From NCBI GenBank assembly GCA_964106645.2, contig OZ067047.1: a stretch of DNA of 64,000 bases. The stretch is one strand, 5' to 3'. The notes beneath the pieces were generated by a model, which worked only from the letters and a program-made list of their open reading frames with translations, was not told the DNA's origin and did not search any database. Numbering within the stretch: position 1 is the stretch's first letter; each line of letters starts with the position of its first letter. Position numbers and translations under genes: made by a program. The stretch comes from Podarcis pityusensis. Lineage: Eukaryota. This document shows positions 26,643 through 40,600 of this stretch, piece after piece.

Positions 26643-27860
26643 GTGAGTGTGCTGTTAAGTCTCTTTGAAACCTTTGTACCCTGTGTGGAGTGTAGCACCA
26701 TCATTCAAGCACTTTAAAGTTTGCTAACTATTCTGCTGACTTGCTGTTGGCTGTCACATCAATCTTCTAGGACACGGTTTGACTCAGATTATTGATAGCG
26801 TCAATTTAAAGCAAAGAGGCCATTAGATTATTAAATGGGAAACTGACAAATAATGCAGTGGTCCAGGTGCCCCCAGAAGCAGTCACCAAAATTCAAGAGC
26901 TAATTGCACCTTATATAACCATGACCTTGAGTAATCTTGAAAGACAAGCATGATCGGTATCTTTAATTCTCAGTAGTGGCAGAGTTTGCTCTTGTGTTCT
27001 GACATATTTGTTTCACCACTGTGTAACTGAACTGACTCAGTAAATGAGCTGCTGTTTTGTGCATAAACATCTATCCAGGAAAAATACATCTGTGCTATTT
27101 GATATAAAGTGTGGCAGCAAAGGGCTGTTTTTTAACCACCAGAGTATGGATTGAGTCTTAGTACATATTGTTGTGTGAATAAGATGCTATGGAGCTGAAA
27201 ATAAACATTCCTTCCTGTTATTTTATTTAAAGTATTTTTTATCCTGATTTTCAGCTGACAGCTTCCCAGAGTGGCTTACAATAAGATGGTCCCAGTTCTC
27301 AGGCTTACAGTCTAAAGCACATAACACAATATTATGGGGGAAGGGGGGGGGGAATACAAACTTGGGCACTACTCCTTGTTGAGTTATGAAGCTCTTACAA
27401 GTGTTGTTTTTGGCAGGGACGGGTAGAGCAAGTTCCCTTCTGGTCCTTGGTCAACCGAAGTGGCCAGGTTGATCTCTGCCTTGCCATGATGTTCTTCCTA
27501 GAAGGCCAGGGGAGCATCTTCCCTGTGATCTTTATTCTCCTGGCTGATGGCAGAGGCCCAGGACATCTGCAATGGAAAAGTTCATCCATTTCACTGATGT
27601 ACCAAAGTTCACCTTGAATATTGGCACACTGTGCTGCAAACTTGTCCACCTGCACAATTCTTGAACAAAGTCTGATTGTTATGCTTGGCTCTCCTGCTGA
27701 GGAAGTTAGAACAACTCAGAAGAGGTTCCTAGGGGGCTTGCTGTCTAGGCAGCTAGCTGGTGATGCCAGGTCTGGTTGGTTTCAGTGCTAGGGTTGCCTT
27801 ATATGCCCTCAGAGCATTGCACAATCCCTGATCCTTTCTCTCTCTTTTTTGGTCTTGCAG

Positions 27861-28118
27861 GACTATGCAGATACAGAGCTCCTTCTTTCGCGGGAGAATG
27901 TGGATCAGGAAGCTTTGCTCAATTACGCCAGGGAAGCAGCTGACTTCTCAACCAATCAGCAATTGCCATCGCTGGACTTCGCTATCAACCACTATGGGCA
28001 GCCCGATGTGGCCATGTTTGACTTCACATGCATGTATGCCTCAGAGAACGCAGCCATGGTTCGAGAAGTAAATGGCCACCAGTTGCTAGTGGCATTGGTT
28101 GGGGACAGTCTGTTAGAG
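27861..28118 (+). CDS. MICAL3: MICAL3 coding exon 7 (DYADTELLL...LVGDSLLE), 258 nt
   Basis: ttgcag|GAC...GAG|gtttgt; GD motif. Confidence 0.95.
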
Positions 28119-29439
28119 GTTTGTTCTTTTACATGGGTTGTTTCTTGTTTCAAACAGCTTTGTTTTTATGTCCTTTCCCATCACAGATGCTCAGGGCTGT
28201 CAACAACGTTTAGTATTCTTAATGTAATATCACTGATGCGCACAGCACTTTGCAACAGAAAGAGAAGTCCTTGCCCTCAAGACCTCACAATCAAATATGT
28301 AGTTGTTTCCGTGTTTGTTGAGGGGATTAGCACTGAACAGAGCAGAAAAAAAAATCTGGAGGAAAAAATAAATGGGTGGAGAAAAACAGAATTTGAAAAC
28401 AATGGGTTATTTCAAACACTGTTGCTTAGCTGATGCTCTGTATCTGCTTCAGAGAGTTTGGGGACCCTCCAAAGCAACTTTGGGATGCAGAGGCTGTAGG
28501 CAGGAGGGGAAATCACAGAAAGTTGCTCGCCTCCTTTACACTGACAGAGGGAGGCATCACCATCAGCTGTGTGACACCACTGGAGAAAATCCAACTCAGA
28601 GCAGACCCATTGAAATTAATGATGCTGACTTAGACACGTCCATTAACTTCAGTGGGTCTACTGTGTAGGACTAGTGTTGAATACCACCCCGTGATCTTGT
28701 GGGGCAGGGGACTGTGCATAAAGAATAATTCCTTTTTTTCCTGTAAATGTGTGGAGGAATATCAAAAGGCAACTTCCATCACTATCTAGTTCATTTGAAT
28801 AGGGGTGGACTATTAATTGCTCTCTATCAACACACTGCTTTTTCTCCAGAATCCACATCAATTAAACAAACCTATACTGAATAAATTTTAAAAATAACTT
28901 GCATGATAAAAGGAGGCGAGCCTTCTCACAGTTTGGAACATTTTGATGCATGCTAGTGTTGCTTCTTATGCAGCTCTCTTGCCTCTGGCTTCACATGGAA
29001 GTAGTGGAGTGTTGTTGTAGGTCTTACATATATATGCACATCCAGACATGGGTGTGACTTGCAGGAGTGTCCTTGTGACTTGAAAAACGCAACATGCAAA
29101 AGAGACCAGATGAGAAACTGCTGGAAGTGCTCCCATCCCCCAATTGCTCTGCTATGACTTGAAAAGAAGCATGGTTTATAGAGCCTGTAATTGGGTAGCA
29201 AACAGCAATTAGCAGTCTGTAATTGACTTAAATGGCATATCTGGCTTTGGAAAGCTACTGTGGCAGCTCAGGGGATAAGGGTGCATTGAAATTATTAGAT
29301 GTTGCTCCTACAGGGGCTTGGAGGGAGTCCGGGTCTTAAGGCAGCATTGCAATATGTCAGCTTCCCCAGTTTTCTTAGGGAACTTATTCTCTTCTTCTTC
29401 CTCCCCCCTCCCCCATTGCTTCTTGGTGGTTGCTTCTAG

Positions 29440-29555
29440 CCATTCTGGCCAATGGGAACTGGAATTGCCAGGGGCTTCCTTGCCGCCATGGATTCTGCCT
29501 GGATGGTACGAAGCTGGTCTCTGGGAACAAGTCCTTTGGAGGTTCTGGCAGAGAG
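29440..29555 (+). CDS. MICAL3: MICAL3 coding exon 8 ([18 protein letters not shown]...), 116 nt
   Basis: ttctag|CCA...GAG|gtaaag. Confidence 0.95.
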
Positions 29556-29626
29556 GTAAAGAAATTTCTGTGTGTTTGGTGGTGGTGGGTAGAGAATAAA
29601 CGTGAATTCTCTCCAGATGAGAGAGT

Positions 29627-29987
29627 GGCCTGGTTCACATGTCAGCTTAAACTGTAATTCCCTGCATCTACTGTACTGCAAATGAAATAAGCCAGAGTGT
29701 GGCTTGTTGTGTATCCCAAACACGGGCTTGTTTTCCCCAAAACAGGCCACAAGCAGTAGTCAAGTTTAGTTCTTGGTTTACGACTCATGGCTTGTTTCCA
29801 GCAAGCAAACTTTGAGCCCTCATTCGGATGACATGGCAAGCTGGACTCTGGTTTGTTTCACCTGTTAGGAGTTAGTAGAGGGGAAGCATTCAGGGAACTT
29901 TTGATATTGCAAACTAGCATGCTGCTTGTTCACATTAAACCACAGTTCGTTTTAAACTAGGGTTTAATGTGACGTGCAAACTGGGCC
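29627..29987. mobile_element. MITE with GGCC-start TIRs (PIF/Harbinger-like)
   Basis: ggcctggttcacatgtcagcttaaac vs reverse complement of right end ggcccagtttgcacgtcacattaaac. Confidence 0.5.
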
Positions 29988-31732
29988 ATAATATGGAAGT
30001 GTTTGTGGCTCCTTGATATACCTGCAGAAATCATGTGATTTTTATGCAAGCACAAACCAACCTTAATTCTGCACCTTTTTTGTCCGATTGCATTTCAGTT
30101 TCCCCACTCTTTTTTGCTGTGCTTTTCTTTGTGTGTTTATCTGCTGAATTTGTATAATTCCACCCAGACACATTAGGAAGTTTTTCTTTGTGTGCAGAAT
30201 CAGATTTAATGCTCATGTGGAGCAGTTTTCATACCATTGTCTTCCTGCAAGCAACACAGGGTTTTTTAAGTGGGATTACTTTATGTACACTTGCAATGGT
30301 TTTACAAGAGAGATTAGATGGAGAAAGAGAGAGAGACACCTGTCCAGTTGGACTCTCACTGCAGTCCTGTGCGTGTCTGTTCAGAAATAATCCCCGGTGA
30401 GTACTGTGACACTTGCCCTGGGGTTAAGTGTGTTTAGAATTGCAGTCTTGGAGAATATAGGGATTTCATCCCATGTCTGATATTGGTGCTCTAATCACTA
30501 GTCCTCATTTCCTGAGTGAATAACGCATGAGGAGCCATGAACAGGGACATTGTAAAAATTTATGCAAGCAACTTGCAGGAAGGATGTCCTTAATGAGATG
30601 CATTCACGTGGGGATAGTGGGAAGAACTAGGAAGGAGAACACTAATTCAAGTGTAATTAGTAAATACAAGATTGAGGTCCAGACTCATCTTCTGCCAGCT
30701 TCTCCCAGTATTCTAAGGACAGATCAGTTGACAAATGAGCACTTCTGGGCCTACCTACCTTAAAAGGCTTTGAAGCCAAGCAGCAATGTAATTAAGATGA
30801 AAATTGTTCTTCTGAGTTCAAAATTGTTCTTTTCTGAGTCACATTTCATTCCTTATCCCATTGCATAACAGCATTGTTAACCTCTGGTGTCATGCCCTGG
30901 CACAGGCAAAGGTTGTGGTAGAAGTTTACTTCATACACACGGGAGAGACAAGAGAAATTGTAACAAATTAAACAGATGTTATCGTGCTAATCGCTAATTC
31001 CTTTATTCTCTGTCTAACCTTCTCATAAGCTGTCCCCCCTCACTCTTAATTCTCTCAACTCACTCTCCTAACTGATTTTTCCAACTGCCTTTGAATGTAG
31101 CCATTACTCATCAGTCGTCGGCTCCTAGCATTCCAAAAATGCTCAGGCATTACACAGGCCCCAAATATTGCATGGCAGGGTGAAGTTCATCAGGTAGTTG
31201 GGTTTTGCTTTGTTTGGTTTGTTACTGCATGGCAAGGCTCCAGCGAATAGGTGCATCTGTTGAAGGCTTTCCACATACTTGTGGCCAGGCAAACACAGCT
31301 TAGGTGAATCAGAAACGCCGGCTGCTTTTGTACTATCCTACTTAAAACGAGGTAAATATTTCTGGTTCTTTTAATTGAATGGAAAAAGTGAGTCTTGAGT
31401 TTCTGGGCTCAGGCCAACCGTGTCATAAGGGATTGCTTGAAACCTAAATATAATCAGTTAAATGACAGAGTGCCTTGAAATATTTACAGAAAGGACATCG
31501 CATTTACACTTTTAGCTTTTCACATGCGCATGGGACAGTTAGATATTGTCCTAAGCAGCAACAAAGGATAACTGTTTGCCATAGATGGCAAAGACAAACA
31601 ATTGCTAAGTGGGGTGAAATAATTTCACTCAGTGATGGCTGCTGGAAAAGGCGTTGACTGGGCAACGTTTTATGTCATTGAAGGCACTCTTTTACGTCAC
31701 CGGTACTAATGCCATTGTCTTCTTTCTCCTAG

Positions 31733-31859
31733 GGAGAGCATCTATAGATTATTGCCTCAGACCACCCCTGAGAATGTGAGCAAAAACTTTAGCCAGTACT
31801 GCATTGACCCTGTCACACGGTATCCAAACATCAATGTCAACTTCCTGCGACCAGCCCAG
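31733..31859 (+). CDS. MICAL3: MICAL3 coding exon 9 ([14 protein letters not shown]...RPAQ), 127 nt
   Basis: tcctag|G...CAG|gtaatt. Confidence 0.95.
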
Positions 31860-32029
31860 GTAATTGCTTTAATCCTGGGCTCTTCCAGTGTGCTTGAATG
31901 CACTTTGAGTCCCGTGTCTCATTGATGTGGCTGTCTTTATCTCTTCTTGTCTGTGTACTGTACCTTGAGTCAGATGTAAGAGGAATTGTTGGGAAGAGCA
32001 GGGATAGCCACGCAAAGCTTTGTGTTGCT

Positions 32030-32107
32030 TTCTTGTTTCTTGTTTTCCTCCTTTAAAAACTAGGTGTGTCTTACGGTCAGGTGCATCTTATAAAGCGAAA
32101 AATATGG
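32030..32107 (+). mobile_element. Isolated right end of the same Tc2-like family as 52785-53783
   Basis: aggtgtgtcttacggtcaggtgcatcttataaagcgaaaaatatgg+TA aligns with that element's right terminus. Confidence 0.65.
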
Positions 32108-32665
32108 TAGATTTTATCTATCTATCTGTATATCATTAATCAACAGACAGGACGAGTGGAGCAGGCAGAAATCCATTGTCCAAAGTTACCCTAACTTTGT
32201 AACTTAGTATTCATTTATTTCACATATTTATATTTATTTATTGCTTTTTTGGATTGCGGAGAAGAACAAAATACAAAGCTAGTATAAAACAAAATCAATT
32301 TACAACATGCAAGCATAGAAGTCATACAGACTTTGAATCCCATCAAGGATGTTGATTTCTTTTGTTCGTGTTCTCTAAGGATGTTGATTTCTGCATTTTG
32401 TTGGGTATGTTTTAAAATTAGGGTGGTGAGCTGTGGCCCTTCAGATGTTTTTAGTCTGCATCTCTTGATTTTCTGGCTGGGGCTGAAGTTGGAATCCAGC
32501 ATTTGGAAGGCCACAGGGTACTCATCCCTGTTGTCATCAGAGCGACTATTCTGCAGATACTTACATAGTTCACTCGCACCTGTGTCATTCAACGAATGCT
32601 TAACTTTTTTGCATTCTTCTTTGAAGCTTGAGATAATAATCAAATCTTTTTGAACTGGTATACAG

Positions 32666-32759
32666 GTACGTCATTTGTATGATACAGGAGACTTGAAAGA
32701 CATTCACCTGGAAATAGAGAATTTGGTAAACTCCAGGACACCAAAGTTGTCGCGGAATG
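32666..32759 (+). CDS. MICAL3: MICAL3 coding exon 10 (VRHLYDTG...PKLSRN), 94 nt
   Basis: atacag|GTA...AATG|gtaagc. Confidence 0.93.
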
Positions 32760-33167
32760 GTAAGCTCCCATTCTTCCCCATTCCTTCTGTAGCACTTTCT
32801 TCTCTCCCTTCTCGTGAGTTTCAAAACCACAGTCTATGTCAGTGGCAATCAGAAGTCAGGTTCTCAGATGATAAATTTTAGAAGAGTATTGCCTGGATAT
32901 TTTCTTAAAAGCCACGTTCAGTGTCCCTTAGTGACTTCAAAGTCCCTTTGACAACTCGCAGTCTTTGATAAACACAAGCTGTATTATTTAACTTTTGTGT
33001 ACAGGCATGAGAATGGAAAATGTTACCGTATTTGAAGTTGCGTGTGTGTGTATGGTAGAAGCATATATTCTTTTTTACTTTTATCAGTACTCTTTTTATC
33101 TATTTATTCTGGACAACAGTGCTGAGCACCTGGAACAACAGTTGCATATCTGTGTGTTTGTATTTAG

Positions 33168-33315
33168 AGTCGGTGGCTCGCTCTAGCAAACTCCTGGGCT
33201 GGTGTCAGAGGCAGACGGACGGATATGCCGGTGTAAACGTAACAGATCTTACAATGTCTTGGAAGAGCGGCCTAGCGCTGTGTGCCATTATCCACCGATA
33301 TCGCCCTGACCTCAT
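33168..33315 (+). CDS. MICAL3: MICAL3 coding exon 11 (CH domain N-half: [11 protein letters not shown]...YRPDL), 148 nt
   Basis: atttag|AG...CAT|gtaaga; type-2 CH motif [13 protein letters not shown]. Confidence 0.95.
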
Positions 33316-33706
33316 GTAAGAAACTGAATGTTAAGTTGAGGAGGGCATCCTGACGCTAGATGGTCCGAATGGTGTGGGGGTTGGGAGAGGAGTAAGAATT
33401 GCTGGATGAGGCCAATGACCCATCTAGTCAGCAGTCTCTTGTCATAATGGCCAACCAGATGCACAGGGGAAGCCTGCAAGCAGGTTCACTCCCCTCCTGT
33501 AGTATTCAGAAGGAAACTGCTTCCAGCCATGGAGGCAAAGCATAGCCCTCATGGCCAGTAGCTGTCGATAGTCTTGTCCTCCATAGAAATGAGAGGGGAT
33601 AATGAGATAAGATCTGGTGGCTGCTAGTGGGAGGATTTTGTAGTTTCCTATTGATTAGTGGGTATAGAGAAATTAACCTTTAGGCAACACATTTTCTTCC
33701 CTCCAG

Positions 33707-33903
33707 AGACTTTGACTCTCTAGATGAACACAATGTAGAGAAGAATAACCAGCTGGCATTTGATGTTGCTGAGAAAGAGTTTGGGATCTCTCCCATCATG
33801 ACTGGCAAAGATATGGCATCAGTTGGTGAACCAGACAAGCTGTCCATGGTCATGTATCTCACCCAGTTCTACGAAATGTTCAAGGACTCCCTTCCTTCTG
33901 GTG
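33707..33903 (+). CDS. MICAL3: MICAL3 coding exon 12 (CH domain C-half: DFDSLDE...[10 protein letters not shown]), 197 nt
   Basis: ctccag|A...GTG|gtaaga. Confidence 0.95.
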
Positions 33904-34549
33904 GTAAGAAAACTAGGATGTATCTGCTAGAAATAGTTCTTGAACGCTGTATGCCAAGCTGGGGATTTTTTCTTTCTTTCAGGGGCCACTGACTCATTGG
34001 TGGTGGTGGTGGGCAATCTACAACTACACACAGTTATTAATTAATTTATTGATTCATTGTGCATTTTTAATTGTATTACAAATGCCACAAATATTTTAAA
34101 ATTGTAATGCCTAGGAAGGCATTTGGGGTGTTTGCTGCTTCCTGAAGCTCCAGCTTCACAGGTAAGGATCCAGCAGCAATGTTGTAATCTATCCCTGAAG
34201 TGGAGATGAAGACACATACCTTCTCCTCCTATTGGGAATATTTCTGATGGAACAGAGAAAGCAGACAGGGAAAGGTTGTATGTCTCTCCTAAAAGGAGTT
34301 CTGAACAACTTTAAGCAAAAATATCTTAAATGGTCAGTCCTTTTCTAGAATGGAAAAGAGATTGAATAGAATATTGATTTGGGTGTTTTGCAGCATAAAG
34401 TGTAGGCAAACGAAAAGTGAGAGGGCAGAGAGAAAAAGAAGGATATAGAATACTAAAGCTCATATATGAGAAGAAATGGAACTCTCTTTAGAGTGTTTAG
34501 TCTCAGATTTTGCTATGTCTCAACTAATCGTATTTGTTTCTTCTCACAG

Positions 34550-34662
34550 ATAACCTGGAACTGAATGCAGAAGAAAAAGCTGCATTAATTGCTACCGCTA
34601 AATCTCCAATCTCCTTCTTCAGCAAATTGGGGCAGAGCATCTCTCGGAAACGGACACCAAAG
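34550..34662 (+). CDS. MICAL3: MICAL3 coding exon 13 (NLELNAEEK...SRKRTPK), 113 nt
   Basis: tcacag|AT...AAG|gtaacc. Confidence 0.93.
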
Positions 34663-34986
34663 GTAACCACAGTTGTTTTGGGAATAAATTTGTAGAAAGA
34701 GTGCTTATGTTTATGCCCAGTTCAGGGACACCCTGATCCACCTTGAGATGCTTTGTTGATGGTGTCATCTAACTTGGAAACATGGGAACCTTCCCCAAAT
34801 CACTTGTAATTCAGGTTACACAGAGCTAATGCGTACCCCTAGGACATCAGCTATTCAGGCACCTGCTTATTTTAGATGAGAAGGTTAGGTATGACTTTTA
34901 CTTAACATGCAAAGTAGATTTATTATAGGCATTATTATAGGCTGAGAAAATATGGGCTCAATGTTTTTTCCCCTTTCTGTGCCCAG

Positions 34987-35049
34987 GATAAAAAGGAGAA
35001 GGACCTGGATGGTGCAGGAAAGAGGAGGAAGACAAGCCAGTCAGAAGAT
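34987..35049 (+). CDS. MICAL3: MICAL3 coding exon 14 (DKKEKDLDGAGKRRKTSQSED), 63 nt; completes a bipartite NLS-like segment with exon 13
   Basis: gcccag|GAT...GAT|gtaagt; RKR...KRRK basic clusters. Confidence 0.92.
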
Positions 35050-35872
35050 GTAAGTAAGAGAGTAATCTGTTTTGTTTTGTTTTCCATTTTGCCTTCCTCT
35101 TCACAGGAGGTTCCTCCCAAAAGCAACTGTTCAATTTTCTGTGTGCAAGGGAGGGGATTCAGTCATGTGACCCCGCCTCCTACTTTAGCTCAGAAACATG
35201 CACCACCAGGTATTTGTAAAACCAAATCATCCACCCAAACTGTCAGAGAGGTGTAATTGTTTTGAATACAAAAGACTCCGATTATGGTCACTGTTTTGCT
35301 TACTGCAAGATGTTTCCAGCTAAACCTGAGCAGTGTTGCTTTGATATGTTTGGAGGTGAGCTTTCAGGAATATATGAAGATATGCAGTGCATCCTGATAG
35401 AGAGATGTACAGTACGTTAGCATTTGTGATCTTGATCAATGGGATTTTCCTCTTTGAATTCCTCTTAATACTATGGCATGTGGGGGAGGGAGTCAATTAG
35501 CTCAGATGGGCAAGTTCAGGTTAGCTTTACTGAACTTTTGGAACTCTTGGGACCTCAGGCAAATGTCTTTCCCATCAGCTGCTCTCTGATCCTTTCAGCT
35601 TGAAGATGGAGATTGAATCTGGGGACCTCCTGCATGCAAAGATTGTGCTGTATCACTGAGCTATGGCCCCTTCGTTCTGTTTATCTAAATTTCATTGCAC
35701 ATTCTCATAGCAGGAGCAGTTTAGAAGGTAGATGGGCATATAGTGAGCAGGATAAACTGGCAAGAAGGAAGGTGTGTTTTGAAAATTAGGAGTGATGCAC
35801 AAAATTGGAGATATGCAGAAAGTGGCTCTGGAAAGGGAATCCATTAGTGTATAATCCATTTCAATTTGCCAG

Positions 35873-36046
35873 GAGGACTCTTCCCGAAGCTACCGAGAAG
35901 AGAGGCCCACTCTGGTGAGCGCCCTGACAGAGAGGAGAATTGATGCCGCCATTGGGAATCAGAATAAAGTGAAGTCCATGGCAACACAGCTGCTGGCCAA
36001 ATTTGAGGAGAATGCCCCTGCACAGTCCACAGGCATCCGGAGACAG
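35873..36046 (+). CDS. MICAL3: MICAL3 coding exon 15 (EDSSRS...NKVKSMATQLLAKFEE...IRRQ), 174 nt
   Basis: tgccag|GAG...CAG|gtagga. Confidence 0.94.
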
Positions 36047-37549
36047 GTAGGAAGAGGCTTTTCAGCTTGAATGTCATTTGCACCTCAGCTAATGGCTTAG
36101 CTAGTAGGATGTTTTGGGTTTTTCTGGCAGGGAGAATCTGGAGGCTTGTTGGCTTTGACCAGGGTACCTCCTTGTTCTCAAATAGGTCATATAGGTGAAA
36201 CATCTTAAGGATAGAGGGGAAACTCCATCCTTGGTAACTACTGTTCTTGCACTTACAGGTTTTGTATTATTTTGATAGAGGGCAGCTTTTCTAATGCAAA
36301 GAGCTGCTTGCATGTTGCTCCATCTTTGCCCCAAGGATTAGAACGGTTCTTCAGTTCTGGAGGTTTAATCAGGCTTTCGATTCATGCAGTTTTCTGTGTG
36401 ACGATACTGTTGGCTTCCGCCACCCCCATTGGTTCATATGCATGTTTTATGCCCCATCCTGGGAGATGCAGCTACATGAGTTGTGTGTGTCAAGTGAGTC
36501 ATCTATGAGCTAATCTTTGGTGCATTGCCAACAGTTGAACATATGAGAGAACGCTCCCCATCGTTTGCCCTGTGAATCACTCCATACATAACCAGATTTC
36601 CTGTTTAGAAAAGCAGATCCTCCTAGCTGGAGTGCTGCATTCATCACCTTGGCACCCTGTGTAATTTTAACCTGCTTGAGCATAGTTGGGGAAGTTAAAT
36701 AATAAAATAAATCTGCCAGCATAGAAAATCCGTTTTATAATATACTGCAAGTGGAATCATGTTTTCACTTGCAATTCTGTCATAGGAATGTCTTCAGGGC
36801 AAGAGAGTACACATGGACTAAAACAAATTCATATGGCTGAAGCAAGCATGCTGTCCTGCATATCCCAGGAGAAGATCCAAAACACCAAATGGGCCATAGG
36901 AAAACATTTTTCTGTCCCTTTAATATGGCGTTTTCTGAATGTGAAAGTAAAAGAAAGCGAAGAGGCTTTCAAAAAGAATGCTTTAGCCCTCTAGCAAAGT
37001 GCCTGTTCTTTTACCCCTCCTTAAATTGTATCCATTTCGGTTCTTCAGAAAGGTGGGTAGAAAAAGCCATAAAAGCCTAGCAGTAGAAAATCCTTCCTGA
37101 AGCCAATAATCTTGGTTAAGATGCAAGATTTTGGAGCCTTATCCATCACGGTTTGAGAATGAATGTGCAGCTGCTTCATTCTCAATTCTTGAGAGAATTC
37201 CAGGAATTTTTGGTTCTCTAATAGTTTAAACCCCTTTCAGCTGCAACCTAACATTATTAAAATAAACCATTCCAAAATAAATAAAATGCGGCCCTCTATA
37301 TCTTAAGTTCGCATCTTCCTTTTTTCTTTACTTTTCTCCATTTTCATACGATTTTATTTGCCGACTAATTTTTCCTTACTCCGTTTTTTTTCTTCTTTTC
37401 CTAAATGTCTGTCTGCTGACCACCCTGTCCCAACATTTACCTCATCCCCTTGTGGGTTTCTTTGTGAGTTTCGTTTTGCGTTTGGTGTTAATGCCCTCTG
37501 TGGCCTCCATCCTGCTTATTCTATGACCTGCATGCAACCGTCTGCCCAG

Positions 37550-37633
37550 CCTTATCAAGACCGTGCTCTCACCCAGCCAGCCTACCGACAGCGAGAGCAG
37601 GGCCGCTTTGCCCCCATGCCTCAGTGGAAACAG
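37550..37633 (+). CDS. MICAL3: MICAL3 cassette exon A (PYQDRALTQPAYRQREQGRFAPMPQWKQ), 84 nt, phase 0-0
   Basis: gcccag|CCT...CAG|gtaaaa; open in frame; resembles a 28-aa mammalian MICAL3 insert ending in WKQ (from memory). Confidence 0.8.
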
Positions 37634-40600
37634 GTAAAACGAAACCGAATGAATGATTGTGATGCTCAATCCATCTAAGCTACCACCCCATTGGCTGCTG
37701 CTTTTCCATACCAAATTTCCAGGTTATTCCTGTGGACTCGCACTGTTTTAAAATGGAAAGCCTGCATGTAATTTGACAGTAGGTGTGGCTCACATTAAAG
37801 GGCTATGTTATCTTTTCACTTTCTCCCTGTTCTTGACCATTGGTGAATATTTGAGGAGAAGTTGTGCTCACTTGTCCAGCTAGGGGCTTACTCTTGTAAA
37901 TGAGCCTTAGGAAACTCAGTCTATGTTTGATTACCTGTTAATTTGTGTAATCCAGATCTGATTTCTAGAGGGTTCAAGAGCGGGTTGGGTAAGCAGTTAA
38001 TGTGTCTTGACAACATGTTCTGGTATCCATGAGGATCACTCAAAGGGGAAATCCTAAACATTGGAAAATAGAATGGGAGAATCAGCCCTTTGTCTGAAGT
38101 AAGAGATAGAGAAGAGAGATGTTCCTTGTTATTATACTGTACGTCCTCTGCTTGTGATTTCTCAGTGGCTCATATTAGTAGGTTGAGGTCATTGTGTACT
38201 GATCACATTTCTTACTGACTATGATAGAACCCTGAACTATCCATTTTCATTGAAACTGGTAAGGCTTTTGTCATACTTGCCATGGACTTTGATGTTCATC
38301 TTCAGAGGCATTGCTTTCTTTGAAATAACTATTCCACTTGTAACAGACAAGATATTGACAGCTGTTTTCATATTTAATTTTTTAAAGCTCTAATATTCTC
38401 CATCACTCTCAACTGAGGGATTTTATTTTACTTTTTAAATTGGAATTGAATGGTAGTGTCAGTAAAAAAACCCACACCAATCCAACCCAAGTTTGCCTGA
38501 TTGGAATAAATAATTTAGGAACCAGATTTTATCACCTTCTGCTCTGGCTTGTGGTTGCTATACTAGCATTATTTAAAACATATTTTGTATATAGATTCTT
38601 CGTAATGTAATGATGGCAGGGCTTTCTCATCCTATGATGCATTCGCATGAGCAAATAGAAATCATTTCAGAAAATAAATGCAGGAATAGCTTGTGCATCA
38701 ATACGCTTTTTGTAAATACTGTTTCTATATTCAAGAGATCCGAAAAAGGGATGAGTGACAGTGATACAGCTTCTGATATTATTTCCTCCCTTCAGATGTG
38801 CTTAACACATAGATGGTAGCGGGGGTAGAAATGAATTAAGGTCCTCAGCCTGCAACGCAGCTGATCAAGTGAATTTGATCCCAGTAAGCTCATGTTGCTG
38901 ATGATTTTCTTTTCATCCATCATCTGCTATTCATCGCACTCCATTCCATGGAGTGTCCACAAATATGCTTTTACTTTGGCTAGCCACCATTGGGCCAGAA
39001 GGCACAGGCCTCCACCCTTTTCTGGCCAAAGTTGTGCATGCCTTTTGAAGGCAATGGAGGTGAGGGCACTTCATCCAAGCCAGTTAGATACTTTTGAATG
39101 TAGCCAGTTAGATACTTTTGAATGTAGCAGATTTTTCAAAAGGGCAGGATGACCTTCTATTTAGCATGTCATTAAAATCTAAGAATCTTGCAACAGTCCC
39201 ATGCATGTTTAATTGGTTGTATTGAACTGAATTGTTCTTACTGCCATGTAGGTACACCTAAGATCACAAACCTAGATCCACATAACCCATACACATGTGA
39301 CTTGCTACTTTCTGTTTGTCTAGACTGGTATTTTCCAGATTTGTCTTTTTCGCCTAAATTCATAGCCACAGCCTAGATTCAGATTTTCATAGCTTCACTG
39401 GGTTATTGTTATCCACATAAATCCCATGGTTATTACTATTGGTTTTGATGAGAGAGTGCTGTTGGCCTTGCCAGAGATTTTAGGCTGTAGGCAAACCTGC
39501 TTTGGCTGGGCATGTCCTTGAGGCATTTCACTCTTGCCTGATTTTCAAGTAGTTTACAGAATAATTTTGGTACTTTCTGTTAACATTCTTCAGGCTTTTT
39601 TGAAGGCAGATAGACAGGTTTTTCCAAACTTCAGTTTAGACACTTAGATATGGTGAATCAAATTCAACAATTCAGATGGAAAGCACCTGTCTCTCTTGCC
39701 TAGGAGGTTCCAGCATGTCAGATGTAGCATCTTGTGTTTTCTTTCTTGAGAAGACATGGCAGAACTGGTATTTAAGAATTCTAGGAGACACTTGAATGAA
39801 AACGTGGCCCGGGTCGTAGGGAAAGATGTGGCCAGCAAACCCTGTGCTCTCTTGCTTTCCACCTGACCTTGATTTTTGCACCTGATGAACTGGCCCCTCA
39901 GTTTGCTACTGTTTATACAGGTTACCAACTTGATTCATGAGTCCTGTTTACCCCCATTGATTTAAGAAATGCAGTCAAGTGTGTTCACTGCCTCTGTGCT
40001 AGTTCTCGTTGCCTAATTTTTCTTTTAGTGCTACAGAGAAAGTATACAGTACAATGAGAAGTACCTGCACAATGCAAGTCATGGGTATGTGAATTAAGGA
40101 AGGAACTCTTAAAATAATTCCTGAGTCAATGTGTTTTTTGTTTTTACTGCTCCACCAACACTTAGGTCAACTCATTCACCTTTTTTTGCAAGAAAATATC
40201 CATGATCATGCTACGAGTTGTTAAGCTCTTAAAGAAATGGGACTCAATTACCTGCAGGAGTTATATGCATAATTATAAAATATCCTTGCCTCTGTTGGTT
40301 ACTCTTTGAGGATTTCTTGATTGGTCTCTTATTAAAAAGAGCTGAATCTGCTGTGCTGCTAGGGGAGGTGGAAACCCAAGCTATTACGTGTCATAGGAAT
40401 AATTGTGTCATTTTGGTAATTCCAATGAACTTCATCTCATTCTCTTAACTTCATCATTCATTTGCATACTTACATCACTTGAGAGAGGTGTGTGGTGTGT
40501 GTGTGTAAAACAAAGGAAGCCTGTGAAACTGGAAGTTGCTTGTTTGAAGTCTGGGGTCAGAGGGTGGTAAGATCAAGGTGGTGTTGTCAAGGAATAGATC

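Noticed and set aside
39735-39920. Possible extra cassette exon (..RHLNENVARVVGKDVASKP..)
   Set aside because: Candidate frames hit stops before a usable donor; no phase-0 AG..GT segment and no recognisable MICAL similarity.
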